Of a stretch of 64,000 bases of DNA, positions 1-12,745 are shown piece after piece. Numbering within the stretch: position 1 is the first letter of the stretch; each line of letters starts with the position of its first letter. Origin of the DNA: Phoronis australis (Eukaryota > Animalia > Phoronida); contig NMRA01000147.1 in assembly GCA_002633005.1 (NCBI GenBank), positions 248,001-312,000 of the forward strand, written 5' to 3'. Under the pieces are notes generated by a model. That model searched no databases, was not told the origin of the DNA, and saw only the letters and a program-made list of their open reading frames with translations. A program made the position numbers and the translations under genes.

Positions 1-1625
1 ACATATTTAATGTACATGTGGGTGCATGTTGCCGCCATCTCTGTCTGGGCATCTGGCGTCCGCAGCTGTATCTCCGAAAGCCTTCACAGGATCTTGATGA
101 GATTTGGCAGATGTGTTCCTGTGAAGCTGACAATGAATGACGACGGATTTCAGACCTCTCCAACTACTGGTGTGCCCTCTAGTGGCAATTTTATTTGTCT
201 ATGTTTACCTCAGTATCTTCGTATGTCCTCAACGGGTTTTCATAAAATTTGGCAGTTAGGCATCAATTAGTGAAATGACGCTATCCTCCTGTTTTCGGAT
301 GCATTCGAGGTAGTTTGCGCCACATCGTGGCCATTTTTACTGTTTTCGAGTCTTGTTTTTTTGGCATCCGTCCCTTTGTAAACCAAACCGTTCTAGGCAT
401 GATTGTGAAAATTGACATTATGTTCTTACTGTGAAGAGGGCGGCTGACGATGATTTTCCAACAACTTTGACTACTGTGACAGCTGCTAGTGACAGTTTTG
501 TTTATTTTTGCGCTCATGGCTGTATCTCCTAAGCGCTGTACCGATCTTTTAATAAATTTTGCTAGACGTGTATTTATATGAAGTTAAGAACAGATGACGA
601 CTTCGGACGGATTGGACTACTGGTGTGCCCCCTAGTGACAATTTTAGCTTTTACATTTACCTCTGTATCTTCATAGGTCCTCAACGCAATTTCGTAAAAT
701 TTGCCAGATAGGCATCTATTAGTGAGGTGATGGTATCCTCCTGTTTAAGATTGATTTGAGGTATTTTGTGCCACCTAGTGGCCATTTTTCTTGTTTTTCT
801 GGTCTGTTTTTGGCGTCTTTTGCCCTTCTGTCAACCAAACCACTCTAAGGATGATTGTGGAAGTTGGCATGTATGTTCCGAATGTTAAGAGGACAGCTGT
901 CAATGATTTTCTGACGACCTAGACTACTGTGGTGCCTCCTATTGGCAGTTCGTTTTACGCCCATGGCTGTATCTTCAAAACTCGGCAGGATCTCTATTAA
1001 ATTAAGCAATGTATTTATATGAAGTTGACAATGGATGACTACGACTTTCAGATTGATCCGACAAACACTGTGCCCCCCAGTGGCAATTTCATTTTTCCAA
1101 TTTCCTCTGTTTCTCAGAAGCTGTTTATCGGACTTTTATGAAATTTGGTAAATAGCTTTCTATTGAAACAATGACATGTTCCTGTTTTCGGATGACTTTG
1201 ACATATTTTGCACCATCTGTTGGCTATTTTTTCTGTTTCTAGTCTGTTTTTGGAAACCGCCCCTCTGTCAACGAAACCACTCCCACTCTAAGCATGATTG
1301 TGAATATTGGCATATATGTTCTTAGTGTGAAAAGAAAAGTTGACGATGATTTTCCGACAACTTCAACTGCTGTGGTGCCTCCTAGTGGCAGTTATGTTTT
1401 TTGCGCACATAGCGTCCTAGTGATAATTTCATTTTTTACATTTTCCCCAGTTTCCCAGAAGTTCGTGACGGATTTGTATGAAATTTGGTAAATAGCTTTG
1501 ACATATACCAGTTTTCGGGTGGTTTCGATACATTTTGCGCTCTCTAGTGGCCATTTTTATGATACAAATAAACACCCCTAGAAGCACATCGTTTGCGTTG
1601 CATTCGTGGAAGCATTGCTTTTGTT
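1..1625. repeat. Degenerate tandem repeat block: ~450-bp higher-order unit built from shorter related subunits; probably the interior of a non-autonomous Helentron/HINE-like element
   Basis: GCTGTATCTyC recurs at about 65, 519 and 966 (spacings 454 and 447). GTGCCyCyAGTGGCA and AAATTTGG motifs recur within each unit. The family assignment is inference. Confidence 0.7.
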
Positions 1626-4241
1626 TTTGTTTTGTATCTGGTTGTTGACGTCTACCTCTTATGGTACAAGTCACTCTGTGGATCATTCTTAAAATTGGCA
1701 TTTGCATTTGTTTGGATTTGTATGGCTGGCGGCAATTTTTGAACAGGTCCGACTTCTGTAGCGCCCTATTGTGGCAATTTTGTTTTTTTTTGCCAGTGCC
1801 TCAATTCATGTTTTTTGACTGATATTGATGTGTTTGGTTGTTTGTCCTCTGCCTCCTTGTCCTCCAAACTTTATGAAGAATCATGATGAAAGGTGGCAGG
1901 TATGTTCCTATTGAGGAAAGCATTTCTGACTTGCTTTTCATCATCTACAGGCTATTAACTAGCGTTGGTGTGTTCAGTGGGAATGTTTAAAATAATGATC
2001 ATCCCTTGTTTTGACGGTGTATGGAATACAAATGGTGGGTGCGTGTTAACATCCGGTGTTTCTCTTGTGGATAAAGTAGTTGCGTCTCGGATACGACAGA
2101 GGTCTCGGTAGATCTTACCTAACCATCTGCATTTTATGTGCATAGGAAGGAGTACACACGAAGTGTTCTCGTATCACCAAATCCTACGTTCCGATTTGTT
2201 CATCTCGTCCCGTGTCAGGAGAGTAACGTATTTTTAAGTCGAACACAGGGGTCTGAGTGTATTCCGTAAACACGCGAAACTTGTAAAAAGTACGAGTGAA
2301 AAACATTAGTGTCTCTCGAGTATGCTTGAGCTATTCAGAATATTTGAGCCTGCACAGAGGTTGGTATGGACATCAACTTATTAGCGGTGACGAATTCGGA
2401 CCAAATTTTAGTTGTGAAAGATGACATGGAAAGAAAATTTGTGTAATTAATTTAGAGAATTATCGGAGATAAAAGTTTCAGTACTCCATCAACAGGGGGC
2501 GTAATGGTAAAGCATGAGCAGCCTCAATTTGATTGATTTATTGATTCACTAAAATACATTAAATACAATAACAATACAATTCAATGCAAAACGACACAAA
2601 AATATCCGGGATCATTTCTTTGTTCTTGAACTTATTTAGTGCCATTTTCCGTTCTATTTTTGTGTGAACTCCAGATGGTTGTCATTTATTCTGTTCTTGA
2701 GTATAGTTTGCACTTGGTTACCTCGGCATTAGAGGTTTAGTCTAAAAATCTCTTAATTTTTCCTCAAAAACCTGACTCTAAGCGTCATCAAGTGCGAACT
2801 TGAACCAGATACATGACTGCAGTATACTTGAGCACAGGATAATTAGCAACCATCTTGGGATATGGAAAAAAGTAGAACGGAAATGACAACAAGTATAATT
2901 TTGAGTGCAAAGGTCAGACTCTAAGCCCAGAAAGCCAAAAAGATAAAGAGAAAGCGAAAAGGTTATCAGACAATTATAATTTAAACATAAATTAAATACA
3001 AACTTACAACAGGATTTATTTTAACGTTGATCAGTCTGTGCAGAGTAAATTCAGCACCATAAAATTTCCCCCTGGATGGGCGGGTGCTGTCACTGACAGT
3101 CCACTTACAGAATGAATACTTTCACAGTCGGTTTCAGGAATTGTCCGACTATATCTTCTTGACTAACTCGATCACCATTTCGGTGACTTGATAGCTGAAT
3201 GACTCGTTGATTGACTTTGGCTCACTCATGCCCATTCGTGAATATACTGCAACCTACCCGACCATTCTGCCATTATCTACGGGTTGTACACTTTTAGAAT
3301 ATTCCAGGCTTCTGGATCTTCCAGGCCGCTAAAATGTTCCATACCGTAATTCTATGAGTCACTAACTAGAATTTTATTTAGGCATGCTGGACCTTATCCA
3401 CAATTCTATGTATTAAGCCTAACATCTATAAAGGATAGGTTTTTGCAAATCAGTAAATGTATAGATTTTTTGAAAGTAGAAAGCTTCCAACATGTGATTT
3501 GTCGCTATACCGATATGCCATTAACTAGATCACATGACCATTTTCTACCAATTAAAAATTGGCAAAAAGAGAAATGGCACGTTCACAGCAAAACAGCGGT
3601 ATCTATAACGTGACGAAATTCTGCTCAATAAAAACTTCGCAGGCAAAATCTCAAAAATGACGTTACATTTTTCTCAGTTATCATTTAGTTTCCGTTTTAT
3701 GCCTCGTTTGAGTTCTTCATAAAAATCGTGAAATATATATATTTATTTGATAGCCTGTCATGCAAAAGTGGAAAATTTGTAAAGCAATTCCTTAAGCTTT
3801 TTGTACAACAATGTATGAAGCATGGTATGAAAAAAATTCATATCAATCTAATCAGCCATTTCTGAGATATGACGCACCAAAGTTTGTCATTTTATAGATT
3901 TTCAAGAGTTCTAGATGACTTGAATTATTCCAAAATGTTCTATTATAGACACTTAATAATCACTGGCCTAGTTGGGTTGGGTCAGTTATCAGGTATATGT
4001 ACATGTATAACAAGCAAATCAAACCAAACTAGTTCTAACGTCAGTGTACTCTCCTGACAAATACCTAAAATATTTAAGCAATAGACAGACAAATAAATGC
4101 GTTAATACATTAACAAACAATTTTAAGACAGGTGCATCTACAAAACCGCATCACAATAACATCATAGAGTTAAGTCATTCATTAGTCTGGTGAATTCTAC
4201 AGAGCAGGTCTATCAAACGGTGTTGTCAAGTAATGACGTGC

Positions 4242-5144
4242 TCATGCCTGGCCTTGGTCAAAGTTTTCTGGTTCCGGATGGACTTGACGCTGCCTCCAAA
4301 AACACAACACCTTTATGTAACCTGTTTTGAACTCTTCACAACGCAACCCATAGATAAAACTGTTAAGGCTCGAGTTTCCGAGTCCAAGCCATTTAACTGT
4401 GACGGAAATAAGGCGTGAATGCGGAGCAACTAACTTTGTAACAAAAAACGGTAACCAGCAAATAAAGAATATTGATGTCAACAAAGCAAGTGTATTGATG
4501 GCTTTCCGTTTGTTGTGGTTGAGTCCGGTGTTTGATGTTCTGATTTTAAGGTATATTTTAATGTAACAGAAAGAGATCAGTAACAGAGGAATTAGAAATC
4601 CAATGAAAAACACAACAATAGTTCCAATTCCACTAAATGTGTTTTTACCTAAAAGACACCTATTTCGTTTCCCAAACAGTAAAGTTATTAGAATTATTAA
4701 AATGCAAATTGCTACAACCAATACCATGCAGGCAGCTTTTGTTTTTGTGAAGATGGCTTTGTATCGATGGCTTAGGCACACTTTGATGAAGCGGTTTATG
4801 GCAATCAACACCATGTCGTAGACGGACAGTCCGCAACAGAACCAGTTTATGACAGTTAGAGGAATACAGATGCTGGGCTGATCGCTGAATAGGGTAGTGT
4901 TCCCAAGCCAGGCGTTAACCATATACATCGGCATGACCCACACCACAACCAACAGATCGGCAAGAGCAAGAACTACGATGAAAATGTTTCCCGGGTTGTG
5001 CTTCACATGTTGCTGACTCAGTATGACACTGATTATGAGGATGTTACCGACAAGTCCTGGAAGTATAAAAAAAGGGGGCACATACTTTTCGAGCGTTATT
5101 GACAGCTCAAATGCAAATGAGTGTTCATCAGCTGTTGAATTCAT
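4242..5144 (-). CDS. Intronless rhodopsin-family (class A) GPCR, melatonin-receptor-like, 300 aa
   Basis: Seven hydrophobic segments and an N-terminal NST glycosylation site. Motifs: GN in TM1, LALADL in TM2, IAINRF at the DRY position (melatonin receptors have NRY), FFICWLPF in TM6, NSSLNSFIYG in TM7. Confidence 0.9.
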   Translation of the reverse strand: MNSTADEHSFAFELSITLEKYVPPFFILPGLVGNILIISVILSQQHVKHNPGNIFIVVLALADLLVVVWVMPMYMVNAWLGNTTLFSDQPSICIPLTVINWFCCGLSVYDMVLIAINRFIKVCLSHRYKAIFTKTKAACMVLVVAICILIILITLLFGKRNRCLLGKNTFSGIGTIVVFFIGFLIPLLLISFCYIKIYLKIRTSNTGLNHNKRKAINTLALLTSIFFICWLPFFVTKLVAPHSRLISVTVKWLGLGNSSLNSFIYGLRCEEFKTGYIKVLCFWRQRQVHPEPENFDQGQA

Positions 5145-5710
5145 CCGTTTTTATCTTGAAGTGCAGTTGAATAATGTCCGCCTTTCACAACTTTACGAAT
5201 TCTCAAAGTGAAAATCACAACTCATCTAAAGCTGCTAAGCATGCCGGAACTAAAACTCCACGTCCAGTTTGATCATGAATCTTGAGTATACCTGGTTCCC
5301 AGTATTTGATATGGTCAATAACGAAAATGTATGGCCATGAATGCATCGACTTGATAGAGAATCAATGTCAGACTTCTTGCCTCTGGTCTGACGAAGTCTT
5401 CTTTCCTTGACGACTTATGATTCAATCCATATATATAACTATAATTAAAAGTCATTACATCTCATTAGTCATTTGCGCTGCTAATTTTTTTACTGTTATT
5501 GATCCTTCATGGCATGTTGTTTTTCACATAGTGGTCATTGCCGTCTTGGAAGTGTCCATTATTACTGATCAACTTAGAAGTTGCGGAGGCGCCACACAAG
5601 AAAATGTGACAAAATTTACCACTTATAAAAACTTTGACTGGTGAATTCTGGCAATGCAAATGCAAATTTCGTTTTGATAGCTTTTCATGCACATACTCAC
5701 ACTGGGTAAA

Positions 5711-6000
5711 TTATACCGTCCTCCCCCATTTGTCCGTCCGTCCGTTTGTTTATCCGGCATCTGCCACTGGATCTTGAAAACTTTAATTTTTACATCCGCC
5801 TCTATCCACCAAAACCACTCAAAAGATTGCTGTGAAAATTGGCAGATCTGTTTTTAACAAGAAGACTGCGGTTATGTTGATTTTTGGAAGGTTTGACTAC
5901 TTTGGTGCCTCCTGGTGGCAGTATTCGTTACACTTACGGCTATATGTCCTTCATTCTTTGTAGGATAGTCGTGGAATTTGGCGGATACATTCGTATTATG
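5711..6000 (+). mobile_element. 5' part of a DINE/HINE-like non-autonomous element
   Basis: Starts TTATACC, followed by (GTCC)n, then subunits related to the 1-1625 block (GGTGCCTCCTGGTGGCA, AAATTGGCAGAT). Confidence 0.45.
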
Positions 6001-6003
6001 CGT

Positions 6004-6370
6004 TAGTCTATTCAACTCTAAGAAACCTAGAAAATCACTTCCGTGGCTACTTTTTGGGGGCTCGATAATTTTGGTATTTTTAATGTCATTAAGTATTATA
6101 CTTTAAGAATCTAAAAAGTTCCAAAGGTTTGACTTGCACGTTTTCGAGAAATTTGACCTAAAAATCTGAGTGCAAAATTTGGCACAAAAAACCAATGTTC
6201 AAAAACCAACAGCACTAGACCCAAACTGAATGATAATTTTACTGGGTTTTGCTCATTTGAAGTTACTGGACAAGAAAAGTGATAAATATTATGACATTAG
6301 GTGGAAAATTGCTCAAAAAACACAAATAGAAATGATTTACAGCGCCTCCTGTTGTCCAGAAAACATACTA
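6004..6370 (+). mobile_element. Truncated terminus of an Academ-like DNA transposon
   Basis: Starts TAGTC. Shares subterminal motifs (CTAGAAAAT...TACTTT.GGGGGG...AATCTAAAAAGTTCC...TTGCAC.TTTT.GAGAAATTTGA) with the left end of the 20984-24147 element. Confidence 0.55.
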
Positions 6371-6509
6371 CTATATTCTGATCTACCAGAAGAACAATAT
6401 TAATGTTAACCATTTGGAACTTGATAAAGATTTGATATCACAACCTGCATATGAACAACATACATTTCCAACTGCAATGAATTCACTGTCATCACTTTCA
6501 TTAATTGCC

Positions 6510-9500
6510 GTGAACCGTTGGCGGAAATATTGGGAATGGCGCATGCGCACCTCGATATCTGGCCGAAAACGTTTTCTCCTATAGAGGGTGCATTGGCGAA
6601 CCAATCATTTTCAAACTGGTCACGTGTTTGTTGCTATTGATCGGCTTTTATGAAATTTTGTTTAACCCGAAGTCACTTTCAAGATGGCGGCTCTGGCGCA
6701 TTTTCACCTTTTTCAATCCTTCTGCGGTCGCATTTTTAACGGGAAGAGCAAGTGACGTGAATTTTTGCATGTGGATTCCGTGAAGTATGCTCCTTCAAAA
6801 CTTCTGCGATAACGTTTTTCTCAGACTTACCGTTTTCGAGTTATTTGACTTTGAATTTCAAAAAAACGCAAAATTTAAATTTTTTCGAAAAAAATATGGA
6901 ATATTGCGAAACTATCAATTTAGATAGAATTTTGGACGGGCTTTCAGAAGATAATTTTCATTTTTCGCTACAACGTCTACTTTTTCTGATAGCGCTGTTC
7001 TTTTGTTGACAGCTCTTGCTGCACTGATGTTGGTTTAGCTTCTGTTGAACAAGACCATGAAGACATTGCTCACAGAGGCCGCATTTTTCGACGTGCAAGG
7101 CTGAAAATTGGAACGATTATTATAGCGCACAAGCACTATAACTGCGCCGTAAATCTTTAACTTCCGGTCAAAGATGGCGGAGGCAATGGCGCATGCGCAC
7201 CTGGATAACTGGCCGAAAACATTTACTCCTGTCGAGGGCGCATTGGCAAACCAATCATTTTCAAACTGGTCACGTGTTTGTTTCTAATAATCAGCTTTCA
7301 TAAAATTTTGTTAAACGGGAAGTCACTTTCAAGATGGCGGCCTGGTGCATTTTCTATCATTTTCAAACGTTCTGCAGTCGCATTTTGAACGGGAAGAGCA
7401 AATGACGTGAATTTCTGCTTTTGCATGTGGATTCCTTGCAGTATGTTCTTTCAAAAGTTCTCAGTGAACGTTTTTCTCAGACTTACCGTTTTCGAGTTAT
7501 TTGGTTTTGAATTTCTAAAAACGCAAAATTTCATTTTTTTGAAAAAATCATGGAATGTTGCGAAACTGCCAGGTTACATAGAGTTTTGAACGTTTTTCAG
7601 AAGATATTTTCAATTTGTCGCTAGGACGTCCACTTCTTGAATTATTCGAGAGTTTCTGAAAACGCTGTTCCTTTGTTGACCGATTTTGCTGTTCGCCAAA
7701 TGTCGCTCAAGACTGTAGCCTACTTACTGATTTCTCACATCTTCTCTAGACACATGAGTGTTATAGTGTTGCTCAGAATCGCCACCTTCATCATCACAAT
7801 CATCATCGTCGTTAATTTCGCCTAGTGTCGCTCAAGATTGTAGGTAACACTGAACAGTCAGGTCGCGGCCACGGGGCAATTTCTAGTGACAGTCAGGCCG
7901 CGGCCACGGGGCATTTTCTAGTGTCTACAATTCTTATACGGGGCGTATGTCAGGTTTGGCTCGTTGTTCGAGGAATTTGTTGAAAACAGATGCCAGGCAA
8001 CTGATTTGCTTGTGTTTTTAAATGAGAAAAGCCAAGTTTTTACCTACTTTTGATGCAAACCGGTGGCTGTCATTTGTTATCAACCGCTGTCGTCTGCCGT
8101 CCGAGAAACCGAGTGCGTGAACAATACTGCAGTCTCTTTCTTACTGCTTCCTTCGCTACTCACATGAATGTTATGGTGTTGTTATTCATAGGCGGATTTA
8201 GGGGGGGNNNNNNNNNNNNNNNNNNNNNNNNNNNNNNNNNNNNNNNNNNNNNNNNNNNNNNNNNNNNNNNNNNNNNNNNNNNNNNNNNNNNNNNNNNNNN
8301 NNNNNNNNNNNNNNNNNNNNNNNNNNNNNNNNNNNNNNNNNNNNNNNNNNNNNNNNNNNNNNNNNNNNNNNNNNNNNNNNNNNNNNNNNNNNNNNNNNNN
8401 NNNNNNNNNNNNNNNNNNNNNNNNNNNNNNNNNNNNNNNNNNNNNNNNNNNNNNNNNNNNNNNNNNNNNNNNNNNNNNNNNNNNNNNNNNNNNNNNNNNN
8501 NNNNNNNNNNNNNNNNNNNNNNNNNNNNNNNNNNNNNNNNNNNNNNNNNNNNNNNNNNNNNNNNNNNNNNNNNNNNNNNNNNNNNNNNNNNNNNNNNNNN
8601 NNNNNNNNNNNNNNNNNNNNNNNNNNNNNNNNNNNNNNNNNNNNNNNNNNNNNNNNNNNNNNNNNNNNNNNNNNNNNNNNNNNNNNNNNNNNNNNNNNNN
8701 NNNNNNNNNNNNNNNNNNNNNNNNNNNNNNNNNNNNNNNNNNNNNNNNNNNNNNNNNNNNNNNNNNNNNNNNNNNNNNNNNNNNNNNNNNNNNNNNNNNN
8801 NNNNNNNNNNNNNNNNNNNNNNNNNNNNNNNNNNNNNNNNNNNNNNNNNNNNNNNNNNNNNNNNNNNNNNNNNNNNNNNNNNNNNNNNNNNNNNNNNNNN
8901 NNNNNNNNNNNNNNNNNNNNNNNNNNNNNNNNNNNNNNNNNNNNNNNNNNGCGGGAGGGGGGCAAACCCCCCTCCCGACCTCCCCCCATTCGGGGCTATG
9001 CGCATCTACAATCGTGGTTCAGTTTGCACAAATGTTTACAGCCGGACAAAATGTTGGCCCCCCCCCTTGTGATATCCTAGATCCGCCACTGTCATAATCG
9101 CCGCTTTCATCATCATGATTGTCGTCGTCATCGTCCTCCCAATCGTCGTCTTTTCGATTAATTTCGCCAAGTGTCGCTCCTCCGAGCGCTCTCGCATTGT
9201 TGCCAGTTTACCGGGTGCGTGAACAAGATTTCACGGTATTTCTTACTGATTTGTTCTCTAGTCACATGAATGTTATCGTGTTGTTCATAATCTCCGCCTT
9301 CATCGTCATCGTAGTTGTCGTTGTCCTCCCCATCGTCCTGTTTTCGCGTAATTTCGCCAAGCGTCGCTCCTCCGAGCGCTTTCGCACAGTTGCCAGTTTA
9401 CCGGGTGCGTGAACAAGACTGCAGACTATTTCTTACTGATTTGGTGGCTAGTCACATGAATGTTTTCGTGTTGTTCATAATCTCCGCCATCATCGTCATC

Positions 9501-10550
9501 AGCGTCGTCGTCGTCCTCCCCATCGTCCTGTTTTCGCGTAATTTCTCCAAGTGTCGCTCCTCCGAGCGCTCTCGTTTTTTTGTTTGTTCGCACGATACAG
9601 GTCGCAATTTTCGTCCGAACATCACGGAATCTACACATAACACGTAATTCCGGAAGTACTGGAAGCCTAATGTTTTTCGTCATAACTGGATCCAAGATGG
9701 CGGCTGTGGCGGCCATTTTGTTTTCATTTTAAGATTAAAAGCTACAATATTTTGCTTACGGGGCTGAAAATCAGCACAATTATTGGACCGGATGTGCACT
9801 ACATGTATACCGGAAATTGTTTACTTCCGTTCAAAGAAGGAGGAAAAATCGGCACTCGCGCATGCGCACCTCGATTTCGGGAATAAAACGTTTTCTTCTG
9901 TAGAGGGCGCATTATAGGGTCAATTCCTTAGAATTTTTGCAGATATTATTTTTTATGACATGCTATTTTATCATAAAGTCAAAAAACTGGAAGTTGCTTT
10001 CAAGATGGCGGCTCTGGCGCATTTTCACCCATTTTCGATCGTTTTGCAGTCGCATTTTTAACGGGAAGAGCAAATGACGTGAATTTTTGCATGTGGATTC
10101 CTTGAAGTATGCTCTTTCAAAAGTTCTCAGATAACGTTTCTCTCGGACTTACCGTTTTCGAGTTATTTGACTTTGAATTTCAAAAAAAAACACAAAATTT
10201 CAATTTCCGTAAAATTTACAGAATTATGCGTTACTATCAGTTTCGATAGAGTTTTAACGGGCTTTCAGATGATGTTTTGCGGTTTTCGCTAGGACGTCTA
10301 CCTTCCGAATTATTCGAGATATTATGATTTCGCTGTTCCTTTGTTGAGCGCTCTTGCTGCATTGACGTTGGTTTAGCTTCTATTGAACAAGACTGCAGCC
10401 TATTGCTTACTGATTTCTTCGCTAGTCATATGAATGTTGTCGTGTTTTTCATAATTGCCGCCTTCATCGTCATCATCGTAGTCGTCCTCCCCATCGTCTT
10501 CTTTTTGGTTAATTTCGCAAAGTGTCGCTCCTCCGAGCGCTCTCGTTTAT
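6510..10550. repeat. Compound repeat: three diverged copies of a several-hundred-bp module, plus a 190-bp tandem unit with (ATC/GTC)n and a CGCTC-CTCC-GAGCG hairpin; probable Helitron/Helentron-type non-autonomous family
   Basis: GCGCATGCGCACCT occurs at about 6540, 7189 and 9858, each followed by CAAGATGGCGGC...ACGGGAAGAGCAA...GACTTACCGTTTTCGAG. GyGTCGCTCCTCCGAGCGCT occurs at 9171, 9361, 9551 and about 10522. Confidence 0.75.
8187..9091 (+). mobile_element. Non-autonomous TIR element (family A), copy 1; interior lies in an assembly gap
   Basis: Termini are CATAGGCGGATTTAG and CTAGATCCGCCACTG. Bases 8951-9091 match the end of the 61645-62596 copy. Confidence 0.8.
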
Positions 10551-11344
10551 TTATTGATTTAAACTTCTTCAAAAGACTGGATGACCACTTCAGTGAGTAC
10601 ACTAATTTTCAAGTGGGCCCAGTCGGAAATAATTGCGGGCATAAAATGGCTAACATACATACTGGGGCTGAAAATCGGTTTCTTAACTGTGACCCCATTC
10701 AGTGACGAAGATATCTCCATGGCTTTGCGCCAGTTCATAACACACCGCGAAAATCGGTACATTTCGCTCAAGGGAAGATGACGAAAGGTATGATTAGTTT
10801 GAACCATTCCAAACTGACCGCAAACTCCGCCTCGATAAACAGCCAGTACATATCACAAACAATGCTATCAAAAATATAGCAAATATACGACGAAAGTGAA
10901 GTCAAACATTGTCAGATATTCCTTGAAAACAGCCTTTCTCTAGTTCAGTATTAGCGAACACGTCGCTGATAAGCGCAGCGTGAAAATGACTACCCGAGCA
11001 GTGCGTGGGCTAATTCGACTTGCACCCGTGAAAAAAAAAGGTCCTCGTTCATGAATACAACTACACTGTATAAAGTCAGTTCACTGGCCCAGAGAGTGAG
11101 GGGGGTGAGGGGAGGGAGGGAGGGAGNGTTGCAGGACTACGAAAGGGAGAGACGGAGAGGGAGTGTGGGCCGTTCTGTGAGCCAATATGCTGAATTTACT
11201 GTCAGAGGGAAAATTGTTTCTGAATAAGTGATTCATTTTGTTCGGGTAACCTGATAAAAATGTACAGCGTTAGCGTGATCCGTTTTGTTCGAGTAACCTG
11301 ATAAAATGTTCATCGTACATCACGTGGTCTCAACCAACCACGTA

Positions 11345-12745
11345 TGTATGTATTTATTTATTATAGTGACATAAGGGTACCAGTAAATACAATATCAAAG
11401 ACAGATTATTCACCACACCCCCCAGCCTCAGTGGGCTTACTCAGTCACCTAATAATAATTAAATCATTACATAACAAATTGCACAAGCTCAAATATGACC
11501 ACTTCAGACTAGTTTATAAACAAACAATTACTTTTAACCTGCAAAGCGTCTTGAATGAATTTCGCTAGACCTTTCAAGTTATTTTGGAATATTTGAGGTA
11601 GAGCAGAACGCCGTAAAAAATACGGTCGAATGTGAGTACATTTTTTACAATCAAAAATGAAATGAACTTCATCTTCAATTCCTTTTTTACAAACACGACA
11701 AATCCGTTCATTCACAGGAATTCCGAAGTACCACCCCACCTCAACCTCTAAAGGTAGAATACCTGCTCTCAATCGAGCTATGACGGACCTCTGAGACACC
11801 GGCAGACGTAAATACTCTTCTACACAATAGTCATTCTTAATAGATCTATCTAAGTACAGTTTTGGTTTCTCAGTGATTATTTTTAACCAGTTTAACTCTT
11901 CTAACTGGAACCTGAATGTTCTGAAGTTTTCGAGAGACACAACTTGTTTGTTCCTGAAATTTTCTAAAAAGTCGCACTTCTCCATAATTTTAAATATTGA
12001 ACTTGACCAGTTGCAGGAGTTCCGATGTTTAAGGTCCCATAAAAAGACTTTTTTGGCAATTCTGCTTTCATCCATTAGAACTAAACGATTCCAGAGCCGT
12101 AGCATATTTTCATGTTGTTTGTAGTGTGAATTTGGCCAACCCGAGTCGCCATAAAGTACTTCATTGGCAGCTTACTTGTGGACCCCTAAAAATATACGTA
12201 GAGCTCTCGTTCTGATCATTTCACATTTGGAGTATTGAGAGTATCCCCAAATTCCAGATCCATATTCTAGAATTGAAGCTACGGACATTTCAAAAAATTT
12301 ACTGTAACTGTTGAAACCCATGTTACCAATATGTTTGTACTTGCTCACCAGAGCTCCCAACGCCCTGGACGCGGAGTCTGCCAGTACCTCAGCTGTCAAA
12401 CTGAAATCCACAAACTCATTCAGAGTTACACCCAAATACGTATAACATTCTTTTAAATTCACAATGCGATCGCACAAAAAGAATTCAAAACTCGTTCTTA
12501 CATGTCCCCTCTTGCGAAAATGAACCACATCAGTCTTGGAAAAATTTACAGACATTTGCCACCTTGCACATCAATTACTCAATACGTTCAGTAAATCCTG
12601 TAAATAGGCTTCATTACCAGAAAAAATCACAATGTCATCTGCATACAACAGACATGATAAATTACATCCATCAAAATTGACACCTTTGCTACAACTGTTC
12701 AAATCATTAATCAAATCATTTATGAAAATTGAAAACAATGTAGGC
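11345..12745 (-). mobile_element. 5'-truncated non-LTR retrotransposon (L2/CR1-group-like): reverse transcriptase C-terminal half, disrupted
   Basis: The minus strand reads PTLFSIFINDL...LLYADDIVIF (YADD near 12633-12655), YTYLGVTL, and a C-terminal RLRAGILPLEVEVG...CRVC..IEDEVHFIFDC. It has a 3' (AATA)n(CATA)n tail. The ORF is broken into fragments (12172-12555, 11509-12105). Confidence 0.9.

Noticed and set aside
8050-9072. Long ORFs across the first gap
   Set aside because: They are open only because of N runs.
9119-10705. Hydrophobic ~100-aa ORFs resembling membrane proteins
   Set aside because: They derive from (ATC/GTC)n tracts within the 190-bp repeat unit.
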